From an uncultured Actinomycetes bacterium (GTDB taxonomy: Bacteria > Actinomycetota > Thermoleophilia > UBA2241): 64,000 nt of DNA. Shown here in pieces: positions 1-9,434 of this stretch. The notes below the pieces were generated by a model that saw only the letters and a program-made list of their open reading frames with translations, had not been told where the DNA came from and ran no database searches. Both the position numbers and the translations under genes were made by a program. Position 1 is the stretch's first letter. Each line of letters starts with the position of its first letter. Location: positions 160,001-224,000 of the forward strand of contig CAVPVX010000002.1 in NCBI GenBank assembly GCA_963709345.1, written 5' to 3'.

Positions 1-104
1 GTCCCGAGGAAGACCACGCGCTCGTTCAGGAGCCGGGAGAAGATGTCGAAGGAACGCTCGCCGCGGCTGGTCTGCTCGATCACGAACGGTACAAGTGGAG
101 TCAC
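1..104 (-). CDS. clpP: ATP-dependent Clp protease proteolytic subunit (5' part, runs off window)
   Basis: Manual translation from GTG at 104 gives [34 protein letters not shown], the ClpP N-terminus; lies downstream of tig. Confidence 0.93.
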   Translation of the reverse strand, partial: MTPLVPFVIEQTSRGERSFDIFSRLLNERVVFLG

Positions 105-160
105 GTACTCACCCTCTTCGCGTTGACGTATGTCTCTCAGTGGTTCCCGGGCCGAAACGC

Positions 161-1522
161 TCAGTCGCCGTCCGGATCCACGGCGTCGGCCGTATCTTCG
201 GCGGCGGCCTCTTCGGCCTCCGTCATGGCGATGGCCACGGCGCTCTCGACGACGAAGTCGGCGGCTTTCGCCACTAGCATTTCGTCGCGCAGCGCCTCAC
301 GCCTGCCCGACTTCTCGAGATCCGACAGCAACTGCAGGTGGTCGCGCCCCAGGGCCTCGGCGTCGTGCTTGACCATCTCGGCGATGTCGTCGTCGGTCAC
401 TTCGAGACCCTCGGCCTCGGCGATCGCCTCCAGCACCAACTGGCGCTTGATGACGAACTCGGCCTGCGGCCGCATCTCCTCCTCGATGTCTTCAGGGGTC
501 TTCTCGAGCACGCCGAGATAGACATCCATCGTGAGACCCTGCTCGCCGACGCGCTCTTCGAGCTGGTGGAAGAGGCGGTGCGCCTCGCGGTCGACCATCG
601 TCGACGGGACCGCCATGGTCGCGTGCTCGACCGCCTTCTCGACGGCGGCGGCGCGGAAGTCGCGCTGCGTGCCGGCCTCGGCGGCGGCCTCCAGTCGCTG
701 CCGCACGTCGCCGCGCAGCTCGTCTATGGTCTCGAACTCGCTCACATCGGCGGCGAAGGCGTCGTCGAGCTCAGGCACGACCTTCGTCTTGACCTCCTTG
801 ACGGCCACCTTGAAGACAGCCGGCTGCCCGGCGAGGTGCTCCGCGTGGTAGTCGGCCGGGAAGGTGACGTCGAATGACTTCTCGTCGCCCGGCTTGAGGC
901 CCACCAAGTGCTCCTCGAAGCCGGGGATGAGGTTGCCGCGGCCGACCTCGAACATCTGGTCCTTGCCCTCGGCGCCCTCGATCGGCTCGCCGTCCTGCAG
1001 GCCCTCGAGATCCATCAGTACGAAGTCGTCCATCTCCACGGGACGGTCCTCGACGGGCTGCAGGCTCGCAAGCCGCTCCTGCAGCATGGCCAGCTGCGCC
1101 GAGACCTGCGCGTCGGTGACTTCGACCTCGCGCTTCGGTACCTCGAGCCCCTTGTACTCGCCGAGCGTCGGCGTGGGCATCATCTGCACCTTGATCGAGA
1201 ATGCATAGTCGGCCGCCTCGTCCAGGGGGCCGACCTGCAGGTCAGAGGTCCCGACCGCGTCGTCATAGAGACCGGAGTCACGCAGCGCCTCGTCGCCCCA
1301 CTCGGGGATCGCGTCTTCAAGCGCCTCGGTGCGGATGAAGTCGGCGCCGACGTTCTGGATCACCAGGTCGACCGGCACCCGCCCCTTGCGAAAACCGGGG
1401 AGCTGCATCTCGCCGCGCACCTTGGCGACGGCGCGGTCGTAGGCCTTCTTGACGGCTTCAGCCGGGATCTCGACGCTGAGCTCGACCTCGTTCTCGCCTG
1501 TGGGATTGACCTTCGTCTTCAC
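161..1522 (-). CDS. tig: Trigger factor
   Basis: GFRKGRVP ribosome-binding signature, FKBP domain ([21 protein letters not shown]). GTG start at 1522 with GGAG RBS; the longer ORF start overlaps a tRNA. Confidence 0.96.
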   Translation of the reverse strand: MKTKVNPTGENEVELSVEIPAEAVKKAYDRAVAKVRGEMQLPGFRKGRVPVDLVIQNVGADFIRTEALEDAIPEWGDEALRDSGLYDDAVGTSDLQVGPLDEAADYAFSIKVQMMPTPTLGEYKGLEVPKREVEVTDAQVSAQLAMLQERLASLQPVEDRPVEMDDFVLMDLEGLQDGEPIEGAEGKDQMFEVGRGNLIPGFEEHLVGLKPGDEKSFDVTFPADYHAEHLAGQPAVFKVAVKEVKTKVVPELDDAFAADVSEFETIDELRGDVRQRLEAAAEAGTQRDFRAAAVEKAVEHATMAVPSTMVDREAHRLFHQLEERVGEQGLTMDVYLGVLEKTPEDIEEEMRPQAEFVIKRQLVLEAIAEAEGLEVTDDDIAEMVKHDAEALGRDHLQLLSDLEKSGRREALRDEMLVAKAADFVVESAVAIAMTEAEEAAAEDTADAVDPDGD

Positions 1523-1616
1523 TGTGGATTCTCCGTCTGTCGCTGGAGCGGCGCGAGCGCCGGCGAGGGCGCTGCGGACCGCCATGTGGTCCGTGCGGGG
1601 GTCAGGCATGGGCTTG

Positions 1617-1702
1617 TGGTGCGGGTGAGAGGACTTGAACCTCCACGAGCAGAGCTCACCAGATCCTAAGTCTAGCGCGTCTACCAGTTCCGCCACACCC
1701 GC
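1617..1702 (-). tRNA. tRNA-Leu(TAG)
   Basis: GCGGGTGTGGCGGAACTGGTAGACGCGCTAGAC-T-TAG...long variable arm...GTTCAAGTCC...CCA. Confidence 0.95.
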
Positions 1703-1755
1703 ACGGCGTTAACGTCGACGGCCGGCGCTCGCGCCGGCCGGTGCACCCAAGTGGT

Positions 1756-1832
1756 TGGGGTGAAGGACGGGATTCGAACCCGCGACCGCCGGGACCACAA
1801 CCCGGAGCTCTGCCAACTGAGCTACCTTCACC
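1756..1832 (-). tRNA. tRNA-His(GTG)
   Basis: G-1 plus GTGAAGGTAGCTCAGTTGG...TT-GTG-GT...GTTCGAATCC...CCCA. Confidence 0.95.
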
Positions 1833-1969
1833 ACCGGTCGCCGCCCCGGAGAGCGCCGGGTGGACCCCGGCGCCGCCGACGCGGTCGGCGTAGAAGGATA
1901 CCACGAGCACGGGCGGGCGTCACACGCGGTCAGGGAGCCGGGAGACGACGTCGCCGTGCGCTGATAGCC

Positions 1970-2666
<697 letters not shown>

Positions 2667-2674
<8 letters not shown>

Positions 2675-3818
2675 CCTGGATCACCTCGATGGGGTCGAGC
2701 TTGGAGGTGCGTCGCGACGGGATCAGCGACGACCCGACCGCCACCAGCACGCCGACGACGAAGGAGATGACGACGAAGCCGACCTGCGGCGTGATCGGGA
2801 ACAGCGACGCGGAGTCGCGCCCCAGGAACGAGAAGACAGCGATGAGGCCGAGTCCCGCGCCCACGCCGACGGCGGCGCCCCCTATCCCGAGGATGAGGGC
2901 CTGCCAGAGGAAGATGCGCCCCGACTGGCGGTCGCCCATGCCCATCGCCTTGAGGATGCCGATCTGCCGAGTCTTCTGGACGGCCGAGATGGCCAGTGTC
3001 GAGGCGATTCCGAGGGCGACCGCCACGAGCACGAAGAACTGGATCATGTAACTCGACGAGCTCTGGCTCTGGAGCGCCGAGAGCAGATCGGCGTTGGCCT
3101 CCTGCCACTCGGTCACCTCAAGGCCACGCAACGCGGGTTCGCCGCGCAGGCTCTCGGCGACGTCCTTGGACGCGAAGACGTCCCGCACCTGGGCGTCGAC
3201 CGCCGAGTACTGGTCCGGCGCGAAGCCCAGAACGGTGGCGGCGTAGTCGCCCTGGATGAAGGCGGTCGCGCTGTTGGCGGCGGCAGAACCGAAGTCATAG
3301 ACCCCGCTCACGGTGAGCTCCGCCGGCTTGCCGTCGGGCAGCACGAACGACGCGGCGGTCCCGGGGGTGAGGGTGTACGCGTCGGCGAAGTCCTTGCCGA
3401 CGAGCACCTCGCCGGCGCCCAGCGACGCCTCACCGGCGACGAGCCTGCCGGAGATGTCGAAGATGGTATCGAGTTCGGCGAACTCGCCGCCGGTGAACTG
3501 CAGCGGCGCGCTCTCCGCCTCCTGGCGGAAGATCGCCGAGAACGACCGCGTGGGCACGACCGTGGTGATCTCGGGCTGCCCCTCCATCGCCCGTTTCAGC
3601 GCGGCGTCGAAGACCACCGGGTCACCGTCCGTCTCGGCGCGCACGATCAGCTGGGGGCTGCTGCCGATGGTCTGGTCGACGAGGCTGGCCTGGAGACTCG
3701 TGATGAGAGAGCCGAGGAACACCTGCACGCCGATGCCGACGGCGATGCCCGCGGCGATGAGGATCGACTGTACGGGACTCTTGCGCAGGAAGCGCGTGGC
3801 GATGCTCAGGCTGAGCAC
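2667..3818 (-). CDS. ABC transporter permease (FtsX/MacB type)
   Basis: TM1, periplasmic domain, then three TMs; QIGILKAMG and LDPIEVI motifs; overlaps the ATPase start. Confidence 0.9.
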
Positions 3819-3821
3819 GCT

Positions 3822-4514
3822 TCAGCTCTCCCTGCCGGGCGCTGCCGGGGCGTCCCCGAGGAGCTCGTCCAGGTCGACGACCTCCTGCGGGAGCCAGTCG
3901 GTGGCGGCGCCCACAAAGGCGGGGCCGCCGACCCAGACATCGACGTCCGGCAAGGCCGACTTCAGGGCGTCGACGGCGTGCCGCACTGCAAGCCTGTGGA
4001 AGTGCGTCGACGAGCTCATGACGACCGCGTCCGCGCCGAGCCGCCTGGCGGCGTCGGCAATCTCCTCGACCGGCGTGTCGGGGCCGAGGAAGTACGTCGT
4101 CCAGCCGGCCATGTCGAACCGATCGGCGACCATGCGCAGACCCAGGTCGTGGCCTTCTTCGGGCGGGCAGGCGAGCAGCACCGTCCTGCCGACGGGCGGC
4201 GCGGCGGCCTTCACCTTGAGGACTCCGGGGTAGAGGATCTCAACGACGGTGCGCACCATCGCGCTCGCGAGGTGCTCCTCCCAGATCGCCAGCTTGCCGG
4301 ATTGCCACGATGCGCCGGCGTGAGAAAGGAGCGGGGTCAGCACTTCGCTGTAGAGTGCCGCGATGCTCAGAGAGCCCGAGGTGACAGCCTCGACGGCCGT
4401 GCGCACCGCCTTCGGCTTGTCGTGAGCAGCGAGTGCGGCGGCGAGCTTCTCGATCAGGCTCCGCTCCTCAGCCGTCGCTGCCGCGCCACTCTGGATGTCG
4501 TTGTGTTCCGGCAT
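3822..4514 (-). CDS. Stand-alone cobalamin-binding domain protein (CarH/AerR-like, no HTH)
   Basis: W-x9-EH (WQSGKLAIWEEH), E-x-H-x2-G (EGHDLG), FLGPDTP and WVGG motifs. Confidence 0.85.
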   Translation of the reverse strand: MPEHNDIQSGAAATAEERSLIEKLAAALAAHDKPKAVRTAVEAVTSGSLSIAALYSEVLTPLLSHAGASWQSGKLAIWEEHLASAMVRTVVEILYPGVLKVKAAAPPVGRTVLLACPPEEGHDLGLRMVADRFDMAGWTTYFLGPDTPVEEIADAARRLGADAVVMSSSTHFHRLAVRHAVDALKSALPDVDVWVGGPAFVGAATDWLPQEVVDLDELLGDAPAAPGRES

Positions 4515-4801
4515 CGCGAGGCTTCTACCCGGCGATCCGCCATGGGTAACCCTCGATGAGTCACGCCACTCATCGCCAGCACAAGCCTGCGCCTGCACGG
4601 CAGGTGCCCCCCCGCAGGCGCGACCGGCGAGTCGATTTCCCCGGGCACCGAGACGCATGCCGAAGAGGCGGCAATCCCCGCCTGCTGCTCCGCAGCGCCC
4701 TCCGGCCCCAGTCGAGAATAGCCGCTCACGCCCGTCGCGCGAGATATATGATTCCTAGGTCCGACGTAGTACACCTAGCATCCTTCGGATTAGGAGGTTC
4801 C

Positions 4802-5824
4802 ATGCGCGGCATGTCACGACACCTGAATCTGCTCCTGCTCATGCTTCTGGCCTTGGCCACGTCGTTCGCCTTCCTGGCTCCCGTCGCCGTCGCGGTCAAG
4901 CGCGGCGCCCCGGCGGCGCCCGTGGGGACGCAGGCGTACACCTACATCGACAATCTCACACGCATCACCAACCCGGATGGAACGTACACGACGATCCTGC
5001 GGCAGCAGGGAACGGACGGCGAGGTAGCTGCGGCCGCCAAGATACAGGCGTGGTTCACCGACGCAGGCTACCGGGCTCAGTTGCGACCATTCTCGTACGA
5101 GGTGAAAGGCACCACCTACAGTTCGCAGAACGTGGTCGCATACCGCCCGGCCGCTGCGAAGTCGAAACAGAAGCCCAGGCCCCTCGTCATCATCGGCGCG
5201 CACTACGACGCGCGCATCGAAGGCGCCGGCGCCGACGACAACGCCTCTGGCGTAGCCGTGATGCTCGAAGTCGCCCAGCGCATCGCGAAGTACAAGACTC
5301 CCTACGACCTGGCGTTCGTCGCCTTCGGCGCCGAGGAGAGTCCTGCGGGCGAAGAAGGCTCCGGCCATTACGTCGCCCAGTTGAGCAAGCGAAACATCAA
5401 GCGCGCCATTGTGATGATCAACTTCGACTCGCTGATCGTCGGCGACAAGCTCTACATTCACGCCGGCGCCAACAAGAAGACCTGGGCGCGCGACCGCATG
5501 CTGCGACTCATCAAGCGGTACCGGCTGCCCATCGGGACGCAGCCCGGCTGGAACCCCGACTACCCGGCAGGGTTGACGCCCGACGGTTTCAGCGACTACT
5601 CGTCGTTCAACCAGGCCGGTATTCCGATCGTTGCGTTCGAGTCGACGAACTGGGAGATCGCCGATCTCGACGGGTACACTCAGACCGAGCTCCACGACTC
5701 GTTCTGGCACACCCCCAAGGACACTCTGGATACCATCGAGTCTCTCTACCCTTACCGGCCGATGGTCCGCCTGTACGCGTACACGAAGCTCACCTACGAA
5801 TTTCTCCAGTACCTGCGGCGCTGA
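4802..5824 (+). CDS. Secreted M28 family metallopeptidase
   Basis: Signal peptide; GAHYD, GADDNASG, FGAEE, NFD, FSDY, WHT motifs; GGAGG RBS before ATG 4802. Confidence 0.9.
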   Translation: MRGMSRHLNLLLLMLLALATSFAFLAPVAVAVKRGAPAAPVGTQAYTYIDNLTRITNPDGTYTTILRQQGTDGEVAAAAKIQAWFTDAGYRAQLRPFSYEVKGTTYSSQNVVAYRPAAAKSKQKPRPLVIIGAHYDARIEGAGADDNASGVAVMLEVAQRIAKYKTPYDLAFVAFGAEESPAGEEGSGHYVAQLSKRNIKRAIVMINFDSLIVGDKLYIHAGANKKTWARDRMLRLIKRYRLPIGTQPGWNPDYPAGLTPDGFSDYSSFNQAGIPIVAFESTNWEIADLDGYTQTELHDSFWHTPKDTLDTIESLYPYRPMVRLYAYTKLTYEFLQYLRR

Positions 5825-5909
5825 ACGAAACGTCGCTCGTCTCAGGACCGGAGCGCAGCAGGAATCCAGCCGCGTCCGGGCGGGTAGCCATCTGGCGCGA
5901 GCGCAGAAG

Positions 5910-5947
5910 CGAGCGGGCGGGGCGCTCCGAAGCGCCCCGCCCGCTCG
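5910..5947. terminator. GC-rich hairpin downstream of the M28 peptidase
   Basis: CGAGCGGGCGGGGCGCT-ccga-AGCGCCCCGCCCGCTCG, 17-bp perfect stem, no U-tract. Confidence 0.5.
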
Positions 5948-6380
5948 TGTGGGTCCAGGTGCGGGTCTTGATGGGGTGGCGGCCACCCCACCCTGAGCGT
6001 GGCCGCCCCTCTCCTCGATTGCACGTTCCCGGCCTCGTCGCCGGGTCCGGCGGCGGCGGCCCGGCGGGCTGCTCGACCACGAGCACTCCGCACCCTGTCT
6101 CTCCGCGATCAGTCGACCAGCTCGGCACGTTCGTGGAGCCGAGCGCCACACCAGCGAGCTCCACGCACGCCACCAGAGTCAGTGCGACCATCGTTCTTCC
6201 GCAAGCAGGCCCGCCCGGACTCCATGCCGTGCTCCGATCGCAGTGTCCCGCAAGCGGCGACTCACTGGCTTGATGGTACACATCTGAAACGCCGGAGCGA
6301 CGCGCACACCTCGTGGAGCGTGTACACACAGCCGCGCGCACCGAAATGGCAGACGGCTGCAGCCGCATCACGGAAGGGAC

Positions 6381-6457
6381 TGGCGCGCCCGGCAGGATTC
6401 GAACCTGCGGCCTGAAGATTAGAAGTCTCCTGCTCTGTCCAGCTGAGCTACGGGCGC
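6381..6457 (-). tRNA. tRNA-Arg(TCT)
   Basis: GCGCCCGTAGCTCAGCTGGACAGAGCA...CT-TCT-AA...GTTCGAATCC...CCA. Confidence 0.95.
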
Positions 6458-6488
6458 GCGAGAAGCAGAGTATACGGCTGGGTAAGGA

Positions 6489-6564
6489 TGGAGCGGGAGA
6501 CGGGTCTCGAACCCGCGACCCTCAGCTTGGAAGGCTGATGCTCTACCAACTGAGCTACTCCCGC
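6489..6564 (-). tRNA. tRNA-Gly(TCC)
   Basis: GCGGGAGTAGCTCAGTTGGTAGAGC...CT-TCC-AA...GTTCGAGACC...CCA. Confidence 0.95.
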
Positions 6565-6573
6565 TCGCTAGTC

Positions 6574-6650
6574 TGGTCGGGACGGCGAGATTTGAACTCG
6601 CGACCCCCTGCTCCCAAAGCAGGTGCGCTACCAGGCTGCGCCACGTCCCG
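6574..6650 (-). tRNA. tRNA-Pro(TGG)
   Basis: CGGGACGTGGCGCAGCCTGGTAGCGC...TT-TGG-GA...GTTCAAATC...CCA; first of a Pro-Gly-Arg cluster. Confidence 0.95.
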
Positions 6651-6770
6651 AACGCCGCGCAAGTATACCGCACGCGAGAAGGGGTGAAGGATCGCGGGAA
6701 GGCCCGGGCGAGGCGCCGAACCAGTCTTGCTGATCGACGGGCGCGTCGAGCTGCGCGCTCCCGCCTCCGC

Positions 6771-7163
6771 CTACTCTCCCAGGTACGGGAGTGTGAGCTC
6801 CTGACCAGGTCGCACCGACGAGTCCGCCAGTCGGTTCGCCTCGCGGATCGCGTACACGGCCGCCCGCACATCGACGGTCCCGTCGTACTCCTCGTCGGCG
6901 ATACACCAGAGCGTGTCGCCGCTCTGCACGACGTAGACGTGCCCGGTGAAGACCGCGGCGTCAGCGCCGGCATGCGCCACACGGACGCCGGCCCACACCG
7001 CGATGAAGATGAGCAGGAGGAACACCGCGAATCGCAGAAGGCCGGTGATGCGGCGGCGGCGCTCACGACGCCCGACGCGACCGAGCGAGCGCGAGACGGG
7101 GATCTGGACGCGCGCTCCGGCCGTTCCCGTGGTGGTGTGCGACTCCGGACCCCGCGGCCTCAC
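6771..7163 (-). CDS. Membrane-anchored LysM protein, YneA/ChiZ/DivS-like SOS cell-division inhibitor
   Basis: Basic N-terminus, one TM, LysM (YVVQSGDTLW...IREAN...VRPGQELTLP); in the lexA operon. Confidence 0.8.
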   Translation of the reverse strand: MRPRGPESHTTTGTAGARVQIPVSRSLGRVGRRERRRRITGLLRFAVFLLLIFIAVWAGVRVAHAGADAAVFTGHVYVVQSGDTLWCIADEEYDGTVDVRAAVYAIREANRLADSSVRPGQELTLPYLGE

Positions 7164-7393
7164 GACGGGACCTCCCGGAGATGTCGCGGCACGATGCCGC
7201 TCAACTCGCTACCGCAGCGGTCACAGCACGCCATGGCGGCCCCGGACCAGATGTCGGCACCCGTCACCGTGACGGTCGAGGCCCCACACCACAGACACGG
7301 CTCGGGGCGCCCCGCAAGGGCGGCCGCTAGCGACTCCTCGACGACTTCGGCGAGCGAGACCTGGACCACTGTGGCAAGAGGCATGGTGCTCAT
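7160..7393 (-). CDS. Small zinc-ribbon-like hypothetical protein
   Basis: CLWC...CDRCG; 4-bp overlaps with both lexA and the LysM gene. Confidence 0.65.
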   Translation of the reverse strand: MSTMPLATVVQVSLAEVVEESLAAALAGRPEPCLWCGASTVTVTGADIWSGAAMACCDRCGSELSGIVPRHLREVPS

Positions 7394-7995
7394 AGCTGGC
7401 GCAGCACCCCCACGACCTTGCCGACGAGTTGGACCTTGTCGGCGCTGACGACGATAGGCTCGTAGAGCTCGTTCTCGGGCTCCAGGCGGATGTTCCGCCC
7501 CTCGTTGTAGAACCGCTTGGTCGTCGCCTCCTCCTCGCGCACCCTGGCGACGACGATGGCGCCGTTCTCGGCGTGCTGCTGCGGGTGCACGACGATGAGG
7601 TCACCGCTGAAGATGCCGGCTCCAGTCATGGAGTCGCCGCTCACGCGAAGGACGAAGTCACCGTCGTCCCGGCGAAGGAAGCCCGGGACCTCGACGTGAT
7701 CCTCGATGTTCTCCTCCGCGAGAATGGGCGCTCCCGCGGCGACCTGCCCGACCAGCGGGAGCGGACGAGGGGGACGCAGGTCGCGCGCGACCTCGAGCGC
7801 CCGCGGCTTGCTGGAATCGCGCTTGATGAATCCGCGTGCCTCGAGATTCTCCAGGTGGACGTGCACCGTGGACGGCGACGAAAGGCCGAGTCCCGAACAG
7901 ATCTCGCGGACGGTCGGCGGATAGCCGTTGACGCGAAGGCTCTCGCGAACGAAGTCCAGGACCTGCTCCTGTCGCGCTGTGAGACCTTCCACCAT
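7390..7995 (-). CDS. lexA: SOS repressor LexA
   Basis: GYPPTVREI wHTH, VAAG cleavage site, GDSM Ser and TTKR Lys; AGGAGG RBS before ATG 7995. Confidence 0.96.
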   Translation of the reverse strand: MVEGLTARQEQVLDFVRESLRVNGYPPTVREICSGLGLSSPSTVHVHLENLEARGFIKRDSSKPRALEVARDLRPPRPLPLVGQVAAGAPILAEENIEDHVEVPGFLRRDDGDFVLRVSGDSMTGAGIFSGDLIVVHPQQHAENGAIVVARVREEEATTKRFYNEGRNIRLEPENELYEPIVVSADKVQLVGKVVGVLRQL

Positions 7996-8009
7996 TCCTC
8001 CTCGTGTGA

Positions 8010-8057
8010 CGAACACATGTTCGTCTCTACCTTAGAGTGAACACCTGTTCGTGTCAA
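8010..8057 (-). promoter_or_regulatory. lexA promoter with two LexA (Cheo-type) boxes
   Basis: CGAAC-ACAT-GTTCG at 8010-8023 and TGAAC-ACCT-GTTCG at 8038-8051; TTGACA (8057-8052)-17 bp-TAAGGT (8034-8029). Confidence 0.9.
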
Positions 8058-8248
8058 GGACATGGTAGGGAAGCGCCCGGACGGAAAAGAGTGCCGAGTC
8101 GCGGCGCACAGTTCGGTCGTGGCTGCGGAGGCGCCCGCGGGCAGACAAGGCGTTTCAAGAGAGCCGCCGCGCCCGTCGATACTCAGGACCAGGCCAAACT
8201 GCCTCGGATGGAGGGCGCCACATTGCCCGCCTCGGGTAAGGAGCGGAC

Positions 8249-9415
8249 ATGGACGAACAGGCGACACCCTCGGCACCCGGAGCACGGCCGAGAGGATCGT
8301 CCCCGCTCACCGGCGCCGGCCGTGCAACGGCCCTCGCCGTGCCGGCTCTTCTGGCGCTGCTCGTCCTGCTCACACTGACGACGCCTTCGACGGCGACTGT
8401 CCGGACGCCGTCCGGCGCCAGGCCGGCCGACCGGATCGCGGCGCGGGCGGCCACCCCCGCCCAGCGGGTGGTCCTCTCTCAGGACGAGGGCCTGACGCTG
8501 GTCGGCCGGGTCTCCGCTCTGCGAGGCAGACGCGCACCCGAACTGGACGACCTCTCGCGCACCACCGCCGGGAAGCTGGCGCCGCTGCCCGCACGCAATG
8601 TCTACTTCCGGGGAGCGGCCTGCCGCTGGTCATGGCGCTTCCGGTCCCCCGTGCTCCTCACCTTCTCCCTGCCAAAGGCCGTGTTCGCGCGCACAGCTCT
8701 GCCTCTCTACCGGCTCGAGGACGGCAGGTGGCGGCTCCAGAGACGGCGTGCCGTCGTCGGCGAGGTGAACACGACGGCGACGGCGACCATCGTGCGTCCC
8801 GGGCGCTACGCCGTCTGCCTCACGCGCGCCTGGCGCGTCGTCGACCAGGACGGGTGCCGGCTGGTGGTCTACGTGCGGCCCTACGCGCCCACCGAGGTGC
8901 GGCAGCCGGTCGTCCTCGCCAGCGGCACGACCGACGACCCGTCGGTGATCCGGGCGGTCATGGACGCGACCGGCCAGAGCGAGGAGAGCGCGATGGAGAC
9001 CCTCGTCAGCTACGACTCGTCTCGCGAGCCGGTCACCGTGCTCCGCCTCACGCGAGGCGCCGTGATGGTCCGCGATTGGAGCGGCACGTCGACGGTGGGG
9101 CGCTGGTTCGCGCCTTCGAGCGGAGGCACGCTGCCGTCACCAGAGACGTCGCGCGCCATCTACGCCCTTCCCGGGGGCAATCTGGCGATCGACGCGACGC
9201 TGCACCTCGTGAAGCCCGGCACCGACCTCGTCACCGGCGTGTGCGCGGACATGACGGCCCAGCCCGGGTACGGACCGTGGGCGACCGGCGGAGGGCGGCA
9301 GCTCTTCGGCCCTCGCGTCTCCACCTACCCGCCGCCGGCCTACGACCCGCGGCGCACGGCGATCCTCTCCGAGCTCCGCTGGGAAGAGAGCGAGCCCGAA
9401 GCGATCGACTGGTGA
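8249..9415 (+). CDS. Secreted/membrane-anchored hypothetical protein
   Basis: AAGGAG RBS, N-terminal hydrophobic segment, GC3-rich codon usage; no recognised family. Confidence 0.65.
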   Translation: MDEQATPSAPGARPRGSSPLTGAGRATALAVPALLALLVLLTLTTPSTATVRTPSGARPADRIAARAATPAQRVVLSQDEGLTLVGRVSALRGRRAPELDDLSRTTAGKLAPLPARNVYFRGAACRWSWRFRSPVLLTFSLPKAVFARTALPLYRLEDGRWRLQRRRAVVGEVNTTATATIVRPGRYAVCLTRAWRVVDQDGCRLVVYVRPYAPTEVRQPVVLASGTTDDPSVIRAVMDATGQSEESAMETLVSYDSSREPVTVLRLTRGAVMVRDWSGTSTVGRWFAPSSGGTLPSPETSRAIYALPGGNLAIDATLHLVKPGTDLVTGVCADMTAQPGYGPWATGGGRQLFGPRVSTYPPPAYDPRRTAILSELRWEESEPEAIDW

Positions 9416-9434
9416 GAACGAGCGAGGGCAGCCC

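Noticed and set aside
4520-4790. Cobalamin riboswitch upstream of the B12-binding gene
   Set aside because: GC-rich stems are present, but I could not find the conserved GGGAA/GCCACTG B12-box arrangement.
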